DNA of 64,000 bases from a bacterium (GCA_963663405.2 CAXXSM010000110.1:32001-96000), one strand, 5' to 3'. Positions 27,614 through 41,552 are shown, numbered from the stretch's first letter. The notes: generated by a model not told the origin, from the sequence alone. A program made the numbers and translations.

Positions 27614-28498
27614 TTAATGCGTTTTTTCAATTCGATTCGCTTGCAATCCTTTCACGAAAGCGACCAATTCAACCATCGAGGCAATCCATTGAACGTTTGA
27701 GAACAAAGGAAACCTTATGCTTTCCGCCTCTTTTCCACCAATGATTAATTTTATTCCAAACTGGTTAGAGAACGCAGCCAGTTCTTCGATCACCCCGTGC
27801 AATTTCATTCCATGCTTTTTATAACTGATACTTAGCCACACCAGAGCGAGTTGGTATTGTTCTATCGCCGTGTAAAAGACTTCGAAGGGAGTATTCGGTC
27901 CATAATTGATGGACCTCATCCCTTCCGACGCAAGTACCGCCGCCACTGATAGAGAAGGTAAGAAATATGGATCTCCCGGTGGCGCTCCTCCCAGAGCGAT
28001 CGGCGCATCGTGTTCAGGCCTGAAGATCGCTCGAATTCGATTCAACACATCCAAACATATATCCGTCGCCCGATGTTCCAAACCGATTCCCGCTTCTTCA
28101 TGCCGCCATAATTCACCGATTCGTGACATGGATTGTCGAATAGGGCCATCACAGATTTCGGCTACACTCTGACCATTCAAATAGAGATAGATCAAAAGCG
28201 CTCTGACTTGCTCCGTCTGTCCTTCGAGTAAAAACTCATACAATCGATCCGGGGCGGATTCTTTTGTTACTGGATCACCGGTGAGATAGGCGAGATCTGG
28301 AAACCCGAGTATTTCTGGTTTCACTAAAGGAATTCGCTGCGCGCGGATAAACTGAATCGCTGTGTCTACCTCGATCTTGCGATGTCCGCCCTCCGTTTTA
28401 TCCGCACGGATCTTACCATTGTCCATCCAGCGTTTGATCGAGGATTCGCTTAAATCGATGGCTTGGGATAAATCTTTTGGTGAGAGATAAAAATTCAC
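27614..28498 (-). CDS. CarH/LitR-like regulator: excisionase-like HTH plus B12-binding-type domains
   Basis: LSPKDLSQAIDLSESSIKRW..TEGGHRK; Wx9EH (WRHEEAGIGLEH); GDPYFLP; GTG start after AAAGGA SD. Confidence 0.8.
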   Translation of the reverse strand: MNFYLSPKDLSQAIDLSESSIKRWMDNGKIRADKTEGGHRKIEVDTAIQFIRAQRIPLVKPEILGFPDLAYLTGDPVTKESAPDRLYEFLLEGQTEQVRALLIYLYLNGQSVAEICDGPIRQSMSRIGELWRHEEAGIGLEHRATDICLDVLNRIRAIFRPEHDAPIALGGAPPGDPYFLPSLSVAAVLASEGMRSINYGPNTPFEVFYTAIEQYQLALVWLSISYKKHGMKLHGVIEELAAFSNQFGIKLIIGGKEAESIRFPLFSNVQWIASMVELVAFVKGLQANRIEKTH

Positions 28499-28856
28499 CG
28501 TTTCAATCCTTTGGGCGCGTTCAATTCCATACGTCAAATCAAAATCATTGATAAAGAATTGGCTTCGACACTTTAAATTACCCATGTTCCCACTCTGTTT
28601 GTATATCGGCAAGGAATCTTGCTCTACATTCAGCCCGGTTCATTCACCGAGGAACAGTTATCGGACATCATCCACCAAGCAGAATTTTTCGATATCGATC
28701 TTGTGCGTTCAGAAATTGAGTATGAAAAAACGGTTAAAATATGCGCTTGATGTAAGGCGTTTTTTATGAGTTATCATTGCCCTTTACTGTTTTCATAAGG
28801 ATTAAAGAGCGAACATCTTGTACGTCAAATCATATAACACAATTTGAAGGTTTATC

Positions 28857-29021
28857 ATGAACAACACAGTTAAACGAGAAATCAATTTGCAGTGGATCAA
28901 GGCCGATTCGGGAACAACGTATCTGTGTCCTTTAGGCGCGCTTAGTAGAATCGACATTCTCAGTGGAGATGTTCTGCAGAAAATGTGCGTAGACGAATCC
29001 AAGAATCCTCAGAAAAACTAA
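28857..29021 (+). CDS. 54-aa hypothetical protein (not in ORF track)
   Basis: MNNTVKREINLQWIKADSGTTYLCPLGALSRIDILSGDVLQKMCVDESKNPQKN*; GAAGG SD. Confidence 0.6.
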   Translation: MNNTVKREINLQWIKADSGTTYLCPLGALSRIDILSGDVLQKMCVDESKNPQKN

Positions 29022-29188
29022 GGGTCAAGTTTCCTGCATCCGTCTCTAGCGGGCAGTCATAAATTGGGCGTCCATCTTACAAAGAAGACGCTCTTTCATC
29101 TCCCTCCTGCCCCAGTTTCTTCAGCACCAACCGCGTGTCTTTTTTCCCTATTGAGTGTTGTTGAATTCCTCCGTATTCGAGAAAGAGA

Positions 29189-29707
29189 TTACCCATTTTC
29201 CTGAGGTATCCATTCATGGACCACCTGAAAACTAGATACATGGAAATACCGGATGATTTGTATGCGGAATAATGCGGTGGAGGATGAATATACAAATGTC
29301 TTCAAATGCGGGTGTTTAGAAATTAGAACGTTCGCCCAATAATTGAATGCCTTTTGCTCGTCAACTTGAATCGCTCTACCAGTGGCTGTAATGGCTTCAA
29401 TCTCCATCATATTGTCGATTTTTTGGGCTCGATTATCGATCAAGAGCGCAACGTGATCACAATTACAAAGTAAGTGATATTTACGCGTTGAAACAGGAGT
29501 GCCGAAGACAATCTGAGTAAGATCGTCCGTCGTTGCGAACGCGATAAGGGAACCATAAGGTTGACCTTCACCTTGCGTGCATAACACTCCATACAGTTGA
29601 TCCGTCAATAATTTACGAATTTGTTTAGGAATAGAGGAGGATTCCTTAGAAACATGAAAACCAAAAGAACTTTCGTTTTTCATAATTGGTTCATCAGTAT
29701 TCTTCAT
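29189..29707 (-). CDS. Pyridoxamine 5'-phosphate oxidase-family (FMN split-barrel) protein
   Basis: GVLCTQGEGQPYGSLIAF, TPVSTRKY, VALLIDNR. Confidence 0.85.
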   Translation of the reverse strand: MKNTDEPIMKNESSFGFHVSKESSSIPKQIRKLLTDQLYGVLCTQGEGQPYGSLIAFATTDDLTQIVFGTPVSTRKYHLLCNCDHVALLIDNRAQKIDNMMEIEAITATGRAIQVDEQKAFNYWANVLISKHPHLKTFVYSSSTALFRIQIIRYFHVSSFQVVHEWIPQENG

Positions 29708-29887
29708 GTTAAAAACCTACGCTGCTTCCAATCGATTCTATTCAGGAAAGAAACGGCAATAATTCAATAGTAAAAATAGATATCCCCTCGTTATAAGGCG
29801 CTGATTCATATGTCATGCACAGTATCGAGGTATGTTCGGTCATGCAAGGCCTTTTGGATTGCCCCATTAGAATTCGAAATACTTTTT

Positions 29888-30232
29888 CTATCGATTTACT
29901 CCGAATTCGTTAATATCTAATTTGAATTCTTTCCCATCGCTAACGATCAATTTGTTATCTTCAGTGTTTACATAGACCAAATCTTCAATCGATACGGTTT
30001 CAGGAATCACATTCATGATGTAACCACTATCACCAATCGTCACCAGTTTCACTCGTTTATCACTTTTACGTACAAATTCGTTCCGGGTGCTATCGAATAC
30101 ATAGACGTATCCCTCAAGACGCGCGTTGCGTTCAGTCGTGTCTTTCACTTCACCCGCAAAATGACGGCGAACCTCTCCCTCAAACAATCGGCGCGTGATC
30201 ACATGAATTTTTTCACCAACTTTGAGCAGCAT
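29888..30232 (-). CDS. Hypothetical protein
   Basis: AGGAGG SD; GEKIHVITRRLFEGEVRRHFAG. Confidence 0.75.
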   Translation of the reverse strand: MLLKVGEKIHVITRRLFEGEVRRHFAGEVKDTTERNARLEGYVYVFDSTRNEFVRKSDKRVKLVTIGDSGYIMNVIPETVSIEDLVYVNTEDNKLIVSDGKEFKLDINEFGVNR

Positions 30233-30352
30233 AAATGGCTACCTCCTAGGATCAAAGAATCCAATCCAATCTAGTTGAATATGTATAGTAGATAATATTG
30301 ATCAAACAAGATTTATATTTTTTTTCATAATACTAAAAAATGTTACTTGAGA

Positions 30353-30994
30353 TTATCCTTCCGGTGTTTTGATCCCCTTGGTTTCAGCCGATTCTAGATT
30401 ATGTTTGTTTTTATCTGGATCTAAAAAGGTCGCCAATTTCTCAAGACCGAAATAATAGACCATCAAGATTAACAAAATTAAGAAAAAGGAAATCGCGATT
30501 TCATAGGATAATCCCATTTGCATGGCTTTTTCGAGCAAGGTCGTCGAAAAAACCCCGATTAATAGTGATATCCACAAGGCTTTAACTCCTGCAAGTTTGG
30601 ATTTTGCTGAATGACTGTTACGGCCAGTAATAATGGAGGTGATATAGTTGTTTAATCCCAAAATTAAAACGAATGGCAAGGGAGCTAACATCAATAACTC
30701 CAAGCCTAGTACTACACGTTTTAATAAGATTCGCATTTCGTTATTTTCTGATTTTAACGCAAAAAAATCACTGGAAAAATTAAACAGTGAATTTGTAGTG
30801 AAGTGAATAATTGAGAGGAAAAAATCAGTAAACGCTAGTAACATCAATATACCCATGACCGCGAATGAAATATAGGCCGCGATGCTCATAGGATAGTGGA
30901 TGAGTTTTGATAAGACATTTATGGAACCGGCATCTTTTGAAATCTCTTTTGATTCTTCTCCATTCATGGTCTTTTCATTTTGTTTTGTTAACAT
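30353..30994 (-). CDS. Membrane protein (about 4 TM segments)
   Basis: Four hydrophobic segments; GAGGA SD. Confidence 0.7.
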   Translation of the reverse strand: MLTKQNEKTMNGEESKEISKDAGSINVLSKLIHYPMSIAAYISFAVMGILMLLAFTDFFLSIIHFTTNSLFNFSSDFFALKSENNEMRILLKRVVLGLELLMLAPLPFVLILGLNNYITSIITGRNSHSAKSKLAGVKALWISLLIGVFSTTLLEKAMQMGLSYEIAISFFLILLILMVYYFGLEKLATFLDPDKNKHNLESAETKGIKTPEG

Positions 30995-31460
30995 CGATAT
31001 CCTCTGTATGAAAACTAGAAAATTAAATTTATTGATAATAATTGTATCATTTTAAATGAAATTTTGAACCGTATATTAGAAAATAATTAATAATTGCATT
31101 CTGAGGATTGTTTAGGTCTCTTCAATTTGAAGTGTATCTTTAATTGGTATTAAACGAGATATATTTAAAAAAAAGAAAATAATAAGTAACAAAAGTGTTT
31201 GTCCGAAAAAAGCGTAACGTGAAACAGTTAAAGCGCTAAAATGTATGAAAATAGTATACATGCCTCTTATGGTTTACGAAAAAAATAAGAGTAATTTAGT
31301 ATCATATGGACCAAAGGAATGTGTTGAATCAATAAAAAATATCTTGTTTTTTTTGTTTTGCTTTATATACTTCCCAATCAAGTAAATTGATTTAAAAATT
31401 GTAATTCAATTATCACGTATTGTTTTTTTATTGTAAAATATTTTGAGAGGAGATACCAAT

Positions 31461-34187
31461 ATGGAGAGGCTTTTAAATCGTCATTGGCACCATATTTCGA
31501 TTGAACAGCTTGCGAATTTAGTCGAAACCGATCTGCAAAAAGGATTATCCAATATTGAAGTTACAAGACGTCAAGGTTTATTTGGTCCAAACGTAGTCTC
31601 CGCTCAGAAAAAAATGGGCCCTATTAAACGTTTTATACTCCAGTTTCACCAACCACTTGTTTACGTTCTTCTGGCCGCAGGATTTGTGACCTTTTTTTTA
31701 AAGGAATGGATAGACGCTGTTGTAATTTTAGCAGTAGTAGTTATAAATGCCATTATCGGTTTTATCCAAGAATCCAAAGCCGAAAAAGCTATTGAATCAT
31801 TAAGAGAGATGGTAACGACTGAAGCGACCGTCTTTCGTGCTGGAAAAAAAACACGGATTCCATCAAGAGAGATCGTTCCAGGTGATCTCGTGTTGTTGCA
31901 ATCCGGGGATAAAGTACCTGCGGATATGCGGCTATCGCAAGTACGAGAATTGAAGATCGATGAATCAGCCTTAACCGGTGAATCGGTTTCGGTTCAAAAA
32001 GAAGATGATTTATTTACGCCGGAGACGATTTTAGCCGATCGAAAAAATATGGCGTATAACGGTACGCTGGTAACCTATGGACAAGGCCAAGGTATAGTGG
32101 TAGCCATCGGCGACAAAACCGAAACGGGACGTATTTCACGGTTAATCTCAGAAGCAGTCGATCTGGCAACGCCATTAACTAAGAAAATTACAAAATTCAG
32201 CCATGTTTTGCTTTATGTGATTCTTGCATTGGCTTTTTTGACTTTCGCGGTTGGTGTTTTTCGAGGTGAATCCGCCATTGAAATGTTCATGGCGTCCGTC
32301 GCTTTGGCGGTGGGAGCGATCCCGGAAGGATTACCTGCGGCTGTCACGATTATGCTAGCCATTGGGGTTCGCCGAATGGCGAATCGAAAAGCCATCATTC
32401 GAAAATTACCGGCTGTAGAGACGCTGGGAAGCACGACGGTCATTTGTTCGGATAAAACCGGCACATTAACCCAAAATCAAATGACGGTTCAACATCTCTT
32501 CTGTGACGGGCAAGTGTTCGACGTGAGTGGGATTGGTTACCAGCCGGAAGGTGAAATCACAAAGGACGATCAACCCATCCGTGTTGACGAGAATGATGTG
32601 TTGCAAGATTGTCTGACGGCCGGTCTTTTATGCAACGAATCGGAGATCTCACAAAATGATGGAAGATGGGAAATTCAAGGAGATCCGACAGAAGGCGCTT
32701 TAGTTGTATCCGCCATTAAATCTGGATTGAACAAAGACGAAATCGAGTCAACTCTGCCAACCTGCGATATCATTCCTTTTGAATCACAACGGCAGTATAT
32801 GGCGACTTTGCACCATAACCAGGATAGTGGAGAACGTGTGGTTTACGTAAAAGGAGCCGTCGAGAAACTGCTATCAATGTGTGATTCGATGATGATGGAT
32901 GGAAACGAAAGTGAACTCGATTCAGAGTTAATCATTAATAAGACGAATGAGTTCGCCAGCCGTGGTATGCGTGTGCTTGCGCTGGCGAAACGATTTCATC
33001 CTGAGGATCATAATCATTTCCATAAAAATGAACTGGATGGAGGATTATGTTTCTTGGGATTACAAGCCATGATCGATCCACCACGGCCTGAAGTGGAAAG
33101 TGCGATTCAAGCGTGTAAGAGCGCCGGCATTCGGGTAAAGATGATAACAGGTGATCATGTTCTCACGGCTTCGGCCATCGCCAAGCAATTGGGATTGAGC
33201 GCCACTCATGGATACGATTCTGAGACTATTCCTACCGTCACGGGAGCGGAATTAATTCAATATTCTGACGAGGAATTAGTCGAATTAGCACAAAAAGCGG
33301 TTGTCTTTGCAAGAGTGGCTCCCGAGCAGAAACTCAAACTAGTCGAAGCGTTGCAAGCGAAAAACCATGTCGTCGCCATGACGGGAGACGGCGTGAATGA
33401 CGCCCCAGCTTTAAAACAGGCGGATATTGGTATCGCCATGGGCATTACTGGAACGGAAGTTTCAAAAGAAGCGGGAGATATGTTACTGACCGATGATAAT
33501 TTTGCGACGATCGAATCCGCTGTAGAAGAAGGAAGAGGTGTTTTTGATAACCTCACAAAATTCATTGCATGGACTCTTCCGACCAACATGGGAGAAGGAC
33601 TTGTCATCTTAGCGGCAATAATAGCCGGGATCACCCTGCCGATCTTACCAGTTCAAATATTGTGGATCAATATTACGACCGCTTTGCTCTTGGGATTAAT
33701 GCTTGCATTCGAACCGAATGAACAAGGCATTATGACACGTCCGCCCCGTGAATCCAATAGCCCAATTTTAACCCGCAATTTAATCGCGCGTATTTTGCTG
33801 GTCAGTTTTCTTATGCTGTGTGGAGCGCTTGGGCTTTTCCTTTGGAATCGCTCGGTTGGTGTTGGTCTGGAAGAGGCCCGTACCATTGCTGTCAGTGTGT
33901 TCGTTTTTGTAGAATTGGCCTATCTATTTAACTGCCGCTCCCTGACAATCCCCACACTAAAAATGAATTTCTTTTCTAATAAATTGGCGATTGTTGGTTC
34001 TATTGCGATGTTTATTGTCCAGTTGTTTTACATCTATTCCCCTTGGATGAATCATATTTTTCACAGTGCGCCAATTCGGCTCGGTGCATGGATACAAATC
34101 CTAGTAGTATCTATCGTAGCCTTTTGGATTGTTATACTCTTTGAGTTTTTGGAGAATCGGCAAATTACAAAAGAGGATCTGGATTAA
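31461..34187 (+). CDS. Cation-transporting P-type ATPase (type II, Ca2+-ATPase-like)
   Basis: TGES, PEGL, DKTGTLT, TGDGVND, QILWIN. Confidence 0.95.
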   Translation: MERLLNRHWHHISIEQLANLVETDLQKGLSNIEVTRRQGLFGPNVVSAQKKMGPIKRFILQFHQPLVYVLLAAGFVTFFLKEWIDAVVILAVVVINAIIGFIQESKAEKAIESLREMVTTEATVFRAGKKTRIPSREIVPGDLVLLQSGDKVPADMRLSQVRELKIDESALTGESVSVQKEDDLFTPETILADRKNMAYNGTLVTYGQGQGIVVAIGDKTETGRISRLISEAVDLATPLTKKITKFSHVLLYVILALAFLTFAVGVFRGESAIEMFMASVALAVGAIPEGLPAAVTIMLAIGVRRMANRKAIIRKLPAVETLGSTTVICSDKTGTLTQNQMTVQHLFCDGQVFDVSGIGYQPEGEITKDDQPIRVDENDVLQDCLTAGLLCNESEISQNDGRWEIQGDPTEGALVVSAIKSGLNKDEIESTLPTCDIIPFESQRQYMATLHHNQDSGERVVYVKGAVEKLLSMCDSMMMDGNESELDSELIINKTNEFASRGMRVLALAKRFHPEDHNHFHKNELDGGLCFLGLQAMIDPPRPEVESAIQACKSAGIRVKMITGDHVLTASAIAKQLGLSATHGYDSETIPTVTGAELIQYSDEELVELAQKAVVFARVAPEQKLKLVEALQAKNHVVAMTGDGVNDAPALKQADIGIAMGITGTEVSKEAGDMLLTDDNFATIESAVEEGRGVFDNLTKFIAWTLPTNMGEGLVILAAIIAGITLPILPVQILWINITTALLLGLMLAFEPNEQGIMTRPPRESNSPILTRNLIARILLVSFLMLCGALGLFLWNRSVGVGLEEARTIAVSVFVFVELAYLFNCRSLTIPTLKMNFFSNKLAIVGSIAMFIVQLFYIYSPWMNHIFHSAPIRLGAWIQILVVSIVAFWIVILFEFLENRQITKEDLD

Positions 34188-34208
34188 GAATGATGTACGA
34201 AAGTCTTT

Positions 34209-35135
34209 TTATTCCTTAACCGGACTGATAAAACCACTTGGTTTTATTGTCATCACCGAACAATTAATTTGATTCAGAATTTCTTCAGCAGTATTGCTCA
34301 TAAAGAGGCCAGCAATTCCGGTTCTGCCTAAACTACCCATAACGACAACATCAGCGTTTGTTGACTCGGCTACGGCGGGTATCACATCAGATGGATAACC
34401 TTTTTTTATGTGGATCTCAGCAGGAGCACTCGTAAAGTCACAACTTTCTATGAGTTTTTGAACCCGGTCCCATGACGCTAATTTTTCCTTATTAAGATGC
34501 ATTTCTAATTCTTCGGCTTTGATATTACCACGACCGGATTTTAGCAAAGACTCCCCAAACAATCGCCACGCATGCGCTATTTCCCATTTTGCTTGATACC
34601 GTTCCGCCAGGGAAGTCCCCAGCTGTAATAATTGTTTGTCAAGTTCATCATTCTGTCCATGATTTCTTGAGGCGGACAAGGCAATTAGTACTTTGCTTAA
34701 GCCGGTTTCTTTTTGATCTTTCACAACCCAAACTGGACATGGGCATTTTCGGATCAAATGCATGGCCGTGCTACCGAACAACATGGAACGAACCGGTCCA
34801 TCCACGCCACAAGCTGGTTTAATCACTAGGTCATATCTTTGTTGTTGAACCTTTCGTACAATCTCTAAAAAAGGAGTGCCGGTTAGCACTTCGATTTTTC
34901 CTTTAAAACGATCCCCGGCTATGGACATTATGAAATCTCTGATCTGGGCGCCTTTATCTTCGATAAGACCTTCTATAGAACCAGATCCAAGCCATGGTAT
35001 TGAGTAATCTTCAATCACGGAATACACATTCAATTCTGCCTGATTGCGCTCACTCAAATCCATGGCAAATTGAACCGCTGTTTTGGCTCGATCTAATTCC
35101 CCTAAAAACACAAGTATTTTTCTGAAACGTTTCAT
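34209..35135 (-). CDS. Tandem universal stress protein (UspE-like)
   Basis: FGSTAMHLIRKCPCPVWVV; VVMGSLGRTGIAGLFMSNTAE. Confidence 0.9.
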   Translation of the reverse strand: MKRFRKILVFLGELDRAKTAVQFAMDLSERNQAELNVYSVIEDYSIPWLGSGSIEGLIEDKGAQIRDFIMSIAGDRFKGKIEVLTGTPFLEIVRKVQQQRYDLVIKPACGVDGPVRSMLFGSTAMHLIRKCPCPVWVVKDQKETGLSKVLIALSASRNHGQNDELDKQLLQLGTSLAERYQAKWEIAHAWRLFGESLLKSGRGNIKAEELEMHLNKEKLASWDRVQKLIESCDFTSAPAEIHIKKGYPSDVIPAVAESTNADVVVMGSLGRTGIAGLFMSNTAEEILNQINCSVMTIKPSGFISPVKE

Positions 35136-35280
35136 GATTTCACCTCAAAAAAAAATTGGCAATAGAATGCTATATATTTTAATATAAAGATTAGGAGAAA
35201 TAAATAAAAAATCAAGATTATTAGAAGTTGAAAAAAGGGTCATAGTGTATATTCCAAGAAATTGAATGCTTAATTTTCTG

Positions 35281-36880
35281 GTAATTGGTCAGCCTCCTGA
35301 AGTGGAAAATCCCACTAAATTATATATTGTGTAATATCCCCCTTTACAAATCCCTCTACTTTAGATTGACTACAGATGTAGTCTATAATGCGAATTTGGT
35401 TGAGGGAAAATGCCCACAGAAGTCATTCGGAAACAGATTGAAGATTTTTTAAATCAATCGGTGTCTGTTTCAGAAAATGAGATCAAAAACTTAGCTCGCA
35501 CTCTCATGGAAAATGGAGAAGACGGCATTCTATTTCTTCTTCTCCAATGCTCCAAACGAATTCAATAATTGGAGAAGGGACTCCCATCATCGATCACTCC
35601 CTCAACGCCTTCTGGTATGATTCCTCCTTATCAAAAAGCCTCTGCGCAAACGAAAAAGAAAAAAAGAAGGCAGGCGCGCAAAAGGGCCATCCCGGTTCCT
35701 GCCGTCCCAAACCCGATAAAATTGACCACCAAAAAGACCATCGGCTCGACCGCTGTCCTGATTACGGCGGGCCTCTCCAGCGATGCGAGGGAGAGCAAAG
35801 CACTCGTTCTCGAATCATCGAGGATATTCCAGAAGACATTCAGCCCATAGTAACGGAACACATCATTCATAGAGATTATTGTCCGGCCTGCCAAAAACAC
35901 GTTGAACCGAAGATCGATACTGCTTGCCGAAAATCAACGATTGGCAATCGCTTGTTGTGTTTGACGGCCTACTGGCATTATGCGCTGGGGATGACCATTG
36001 CGCAAATTCTGGACACCCTGAATTACCATTTGCACTTTCAATTAAGCAAGGGAGGCTTGATCCAGAAGTGGCATCAGTTACGAATGATCTTGCTTGTCTG
36101 GTATGAAGCGTTGGCTGCCGAGGTCCAACAATCGGCGGTGTTGCATGCGGATGAAACTGGCTGGCGCGTGAACGGACAGACCCATTGGTTATGGTGCTTC
36201 ACCAACGATCACACGACCTTCTATATGGTGGATCGCAGCCGGGGCAGTCCGGCCCTGAAACGATTCTTCCAAGAAGAATTCAATGGGATTCTGGTCACGG
36301 ACTTTTGGGCGGCTTACGATGCGGTCACGAATGGAGACCGGCAGTTCTGCCTGGTTCATCTGCTGCGCGAGTTGGAAAAGGTGAACCAGCGGAATGCCGC
36401 GGATGAGTGGCAGGCGTTTTCCAAAAAGACAAAGCGTTTGATCAAAGACGCTCTTCGGTTACGCGCGCAGGAGGATTTCTCTCCCGATACCTATGCGTCC
36501 CGAATCGACCGGCTCTATGAACGCTTGTTGGATTTGGCGTTGGCCTCTTACACGGATCCTGATACCCGCCGTTTGGCGAAGCGCTTGGAGAAATACCGGG
36601 ACGAGTTGTTCACTTTCTTAACTCACCCAAACGTTCCGAGCGACAACAATCATGCGGAACGAGACATCCGTTCGGCCGTGTTGATGCGGAAAGTCATTTA
36701 TGGGAACCGCAGCGCCGATGGCGCATTGACTCAATCCGTTTTAATGACCGTGTTTCGTACTCTCAAACGGCGAGGCTATAATCCAATCCAGACGCTCGTC
36801 TCGGCTCTCAGCGATTTTATTCTAACCGAAAAATTGCTCCCTTTCCTACCCGCTATCACTTCACATGACTGACCTGATAC
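35281..36880 (+). mobile_element. IS66-family (ISBst12-type) insertion sequence, decayed
   Basis: Ends GTAATTGGTCAG / CTGACCTGATAC (9/12 inverted match); no TSD seen. Confidence 0.8.
35410..36872 (+). pseudogene. IS66 transposase with in-frame stop (35566) and A-tract frameshift (~35660)
   Basis: TPSTPSG, GAQKGHPG, LHADETGWR, LVTDFW, QFCLVHLLR, SDNNHAER. Confidence 0.85.
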
Positions 36881-36995
36881 CACAAACCATATATTAATCC
36901 ATTCCATTTGATGATTGACAATGTTATTATAGAAAAGTGCTAATAGAATATGATCATCATTGTTTTGAGTTATCAAAGGATATTGGGAGATTCTT

Positions 36996-37949
36996 ATGCC
37001 GACCATAACTCAATTGCAGTACATATTGGCTGTGCACAAAACCAAACATTTTGGCCGTGCCGCAGCCGACTGTTTTGTGAGCCAACCTTCTCTTTCGGCG
37101 CAAGTTCAAAAAGTGGAAGAGGAACTAGGAGTCGTTATTTTCGACCGCTCTAAAAAACCAGTGTTAATAACGGAAAAAGGAAAAAAGATCATAGAACAAT
37201 CCAAAAGGATTGTGACCGAATACAAAAAACTTTTGGAAGTCAATCAAAACCAAGACGATATTTCTGGAGAATTTCAACTTGGTATCATTCCAACCTTGGC
37301 GTCTTATTTACTTCCTCTTTTCATTGAACGGTTTTCAATTAAATACCCAAAAGTACAACTCACAATCAATGAATATAAAACACTAGATGCAATACGCGCA
37401 TTGCATGACGATGCGCTTGACGCTGGTCTGTTGGTAACACCTCTGAAAGACGATCATCTCATTGAGAGAGCCTTGTTCTATGAGCCGTTCTATCTGTTTG
37501 TCTCACAAAATCATGATTTTTTAAAAATGAGACGGATTACTGAAAAAGACTTAGAGACGGAATCGATTTGGTTATTGGAAGAAGGCCACTGTTTTCGGGA
37601 GCAGGTTCTAAAACTCTGTTCTACGAAAGACAAATGTCAGGTCTTAAAAAACGTAAATTTTGCCAGTGGAAATTTAGAAACGTTGATCAACTTGGTTCGG
37701 AAAGGGCGTGGTTACACGTTGCTTCCATACCTCGCTACATTGCAACTGCAAGAGAAAGAAAAAAAAAACTTGTTAAAACCATTTCACAACCATATTCCGA
37801 CCCGAGAAGTGAGTCTTGTGTATAGCCGCAGTTTTCTGAAACAAGATATTATAGGAGCGTTGGAGCAAGAAATTGTTCAGGGATTGCCCAAAGAAATATC
37901 TTCCCGAAAGAAAACAAACTTCGATATCATCGATTTCGAATTATCGTAA
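36996..37949 (+). CDS. oxyR: OxyR-like LysR regulator
   Basis: HFGRAAADCFVSQPSLSAQV; LEEGHCFREQVLKLC (two Cys nine residues apart); upstream of katG. Confidence 0.9.
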   Translation: MPTITQLQYILAVHKTKHFGRAAADCFVSQPSLSAQVQKVEEELGVVIFDRSKKPVLITEKGKKIIEQSKRIVTEYKKLLEVNQNQDDISGEFQLGIIPTLASYLLPLFIERFSIKYPKVQLTINEYKTLDAIRALHDDALDAGLLVTPLKDDHLIERALFYEPFYLFVSQNHDFLKMRRITEKDLETESIWLLEEGHCFREQVLKLCSTKDKCQVLKNVNFASGNLETLINLVRKGRGYTLLPYLATLQLQEKEKKNLLKPFHNHIPTREVSLVYSRSFLKQDIIGALEQEIVQGLPKEISSRKKTNFDIIDFELS

Positions 37950-38000
37950 ATACAATAACCTCAAATACTTTTCAAGCACTGACACCTTTCTAAAGCAACC

Positions 38001-38036
38001 ATAGTTTTCTCCTATTGCAGGATAGGAAAAATGTAT
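38001..38036 (+). promoter_or_regulatory. OxyR-type binding site upstream of katG
   Basis: ATAG-N7-CTAT-N6-ATAG-N7-GTAT. Confidence 0.7.
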
Positions 38037-38236
38037 TTGTAATTGAAAATGGTTTTTGATACAATAAAAAAAATTATTGATTTGATGACCATCCTGTGGA
38101 AATCAGAACAATAATAAATGCCGTTTTCACCATGACGAGAATAATATTCATATATCCATTTTAGGGACAATTTTGTTCTCGTTGTGATTTTGCGCGGCGC
38201 TTTATCAATCTCTTGGTGCGAAAAAAAGAACCTTGA

Positions 38237-40480
<2,244 letters not shown>

Positions 40481-40506
40481 TTCTATTCGATGATTTACCG
40501 TCTCTG

Positions 40507-40534
40507 TCGGGCTCCCACAAGTACGGGAGCCCGA
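40507..40534 (+). terminator. Hairpin after katG
   Basis: TCGGGCTCCC-N8-GGGAGCCCGA; no U-tract. Confidence 0.55.
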
Positions 40535-40840
40535 AGTGCTGGATAGACGGAATTACTTTAGAGAAATCAACTAAAAAATTTCTACTGATGATGACAATTT
40601 CTGATAAGAATTGGATAAAGATATATCCAAAGTGTGAGTACTATTTTTTTATTGTTGATAATGGAAAATATTCATAAAGAAAGATATTTTTGTAATAGCC
40701 TTCGACTACATTTCACCTTAATCTCAAAAAAGCAGAATTGAAAATGGCGATTGGTTTAATATCGAATTAAATTAAGTTAGAATGTTAGCTGTTTTAATGA
40801 AACAGTTAATAATGACCTTTTTAGAGACCAAACTATGCCC

Positions 40841-41373
40841 GCAAATGCAGGTTGAATTTTAGATTGAGACGAAAACGGCGTAGTGATGGTTCAGTTGTTC
40901 TGGGAAATTGGGCTGAGCCATAATTTTTTTGATTTGAGGGGAAATAACGACAGAACTTTTGCAGGATTGCTAGAATTGGTCCCATATCAACCAGCAATCG
41001 ATCTGCGAGAAACGTTCTTCCAGGTTTTCGCATCCATTCCGAGTGATTTTCTCATAGTCGGTGTGTTCCAGATTACATACCAAAGGTGTAGAGTAGTGCA
41101 TGTATGAATGCGTTTTGCCAATACAAGGAATTCTTGCATTACTTTCATTTCGTCTCCCTTAATCTCGAAAAAGTAGGATAAAAATTTCGGTTGGATAATA
41201 ATATCGAGTAGTGTTGAGTATGGATACCAATGATTAACGTGAATCAGTCAATCATACCGTTTTTGGGGATCGAAAAAAAGTGAATTGTTGTACGAATATT
41301 ATAATTCAAATATTCTGGTTTCATAAATATTGTAATTTCAGGCGTTTGGTACATTTGGGACACGGATGCAAAA
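40841..41373. repeat. ~530-bp dispersed repeat, copy 1 (degenerate partial copy at ~40717-40832)
   Basis: Collinear with 46638-47166, e.g. GTTCTGGGAAATTGGGCTGAGC and ATAGTCGGTGTGTTCCAGATTACATACCAA. Confidence 0.85.
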
Positions 41374-41552
41374 ACGCTGTACTAAATGAATCACACCTTC
41401 AGTCAAAAATGATCGGAAGAAAGGTTTTATAAATCATCAGTATATTTTGAATTAAAGAAACAAATCACTTCTTGACACAATTCGTTCTCCTATGCAAAAG
41501 TGAAATAAGAACTTGATTATTATTTGAGATTGAAGAAAGGAATAACGTTTCC

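Noticed and set aside
35273-36888. IS66 8-bp target duplication
   Set aside because: Flanks ATTTTCTG and CACAAACC do not match.
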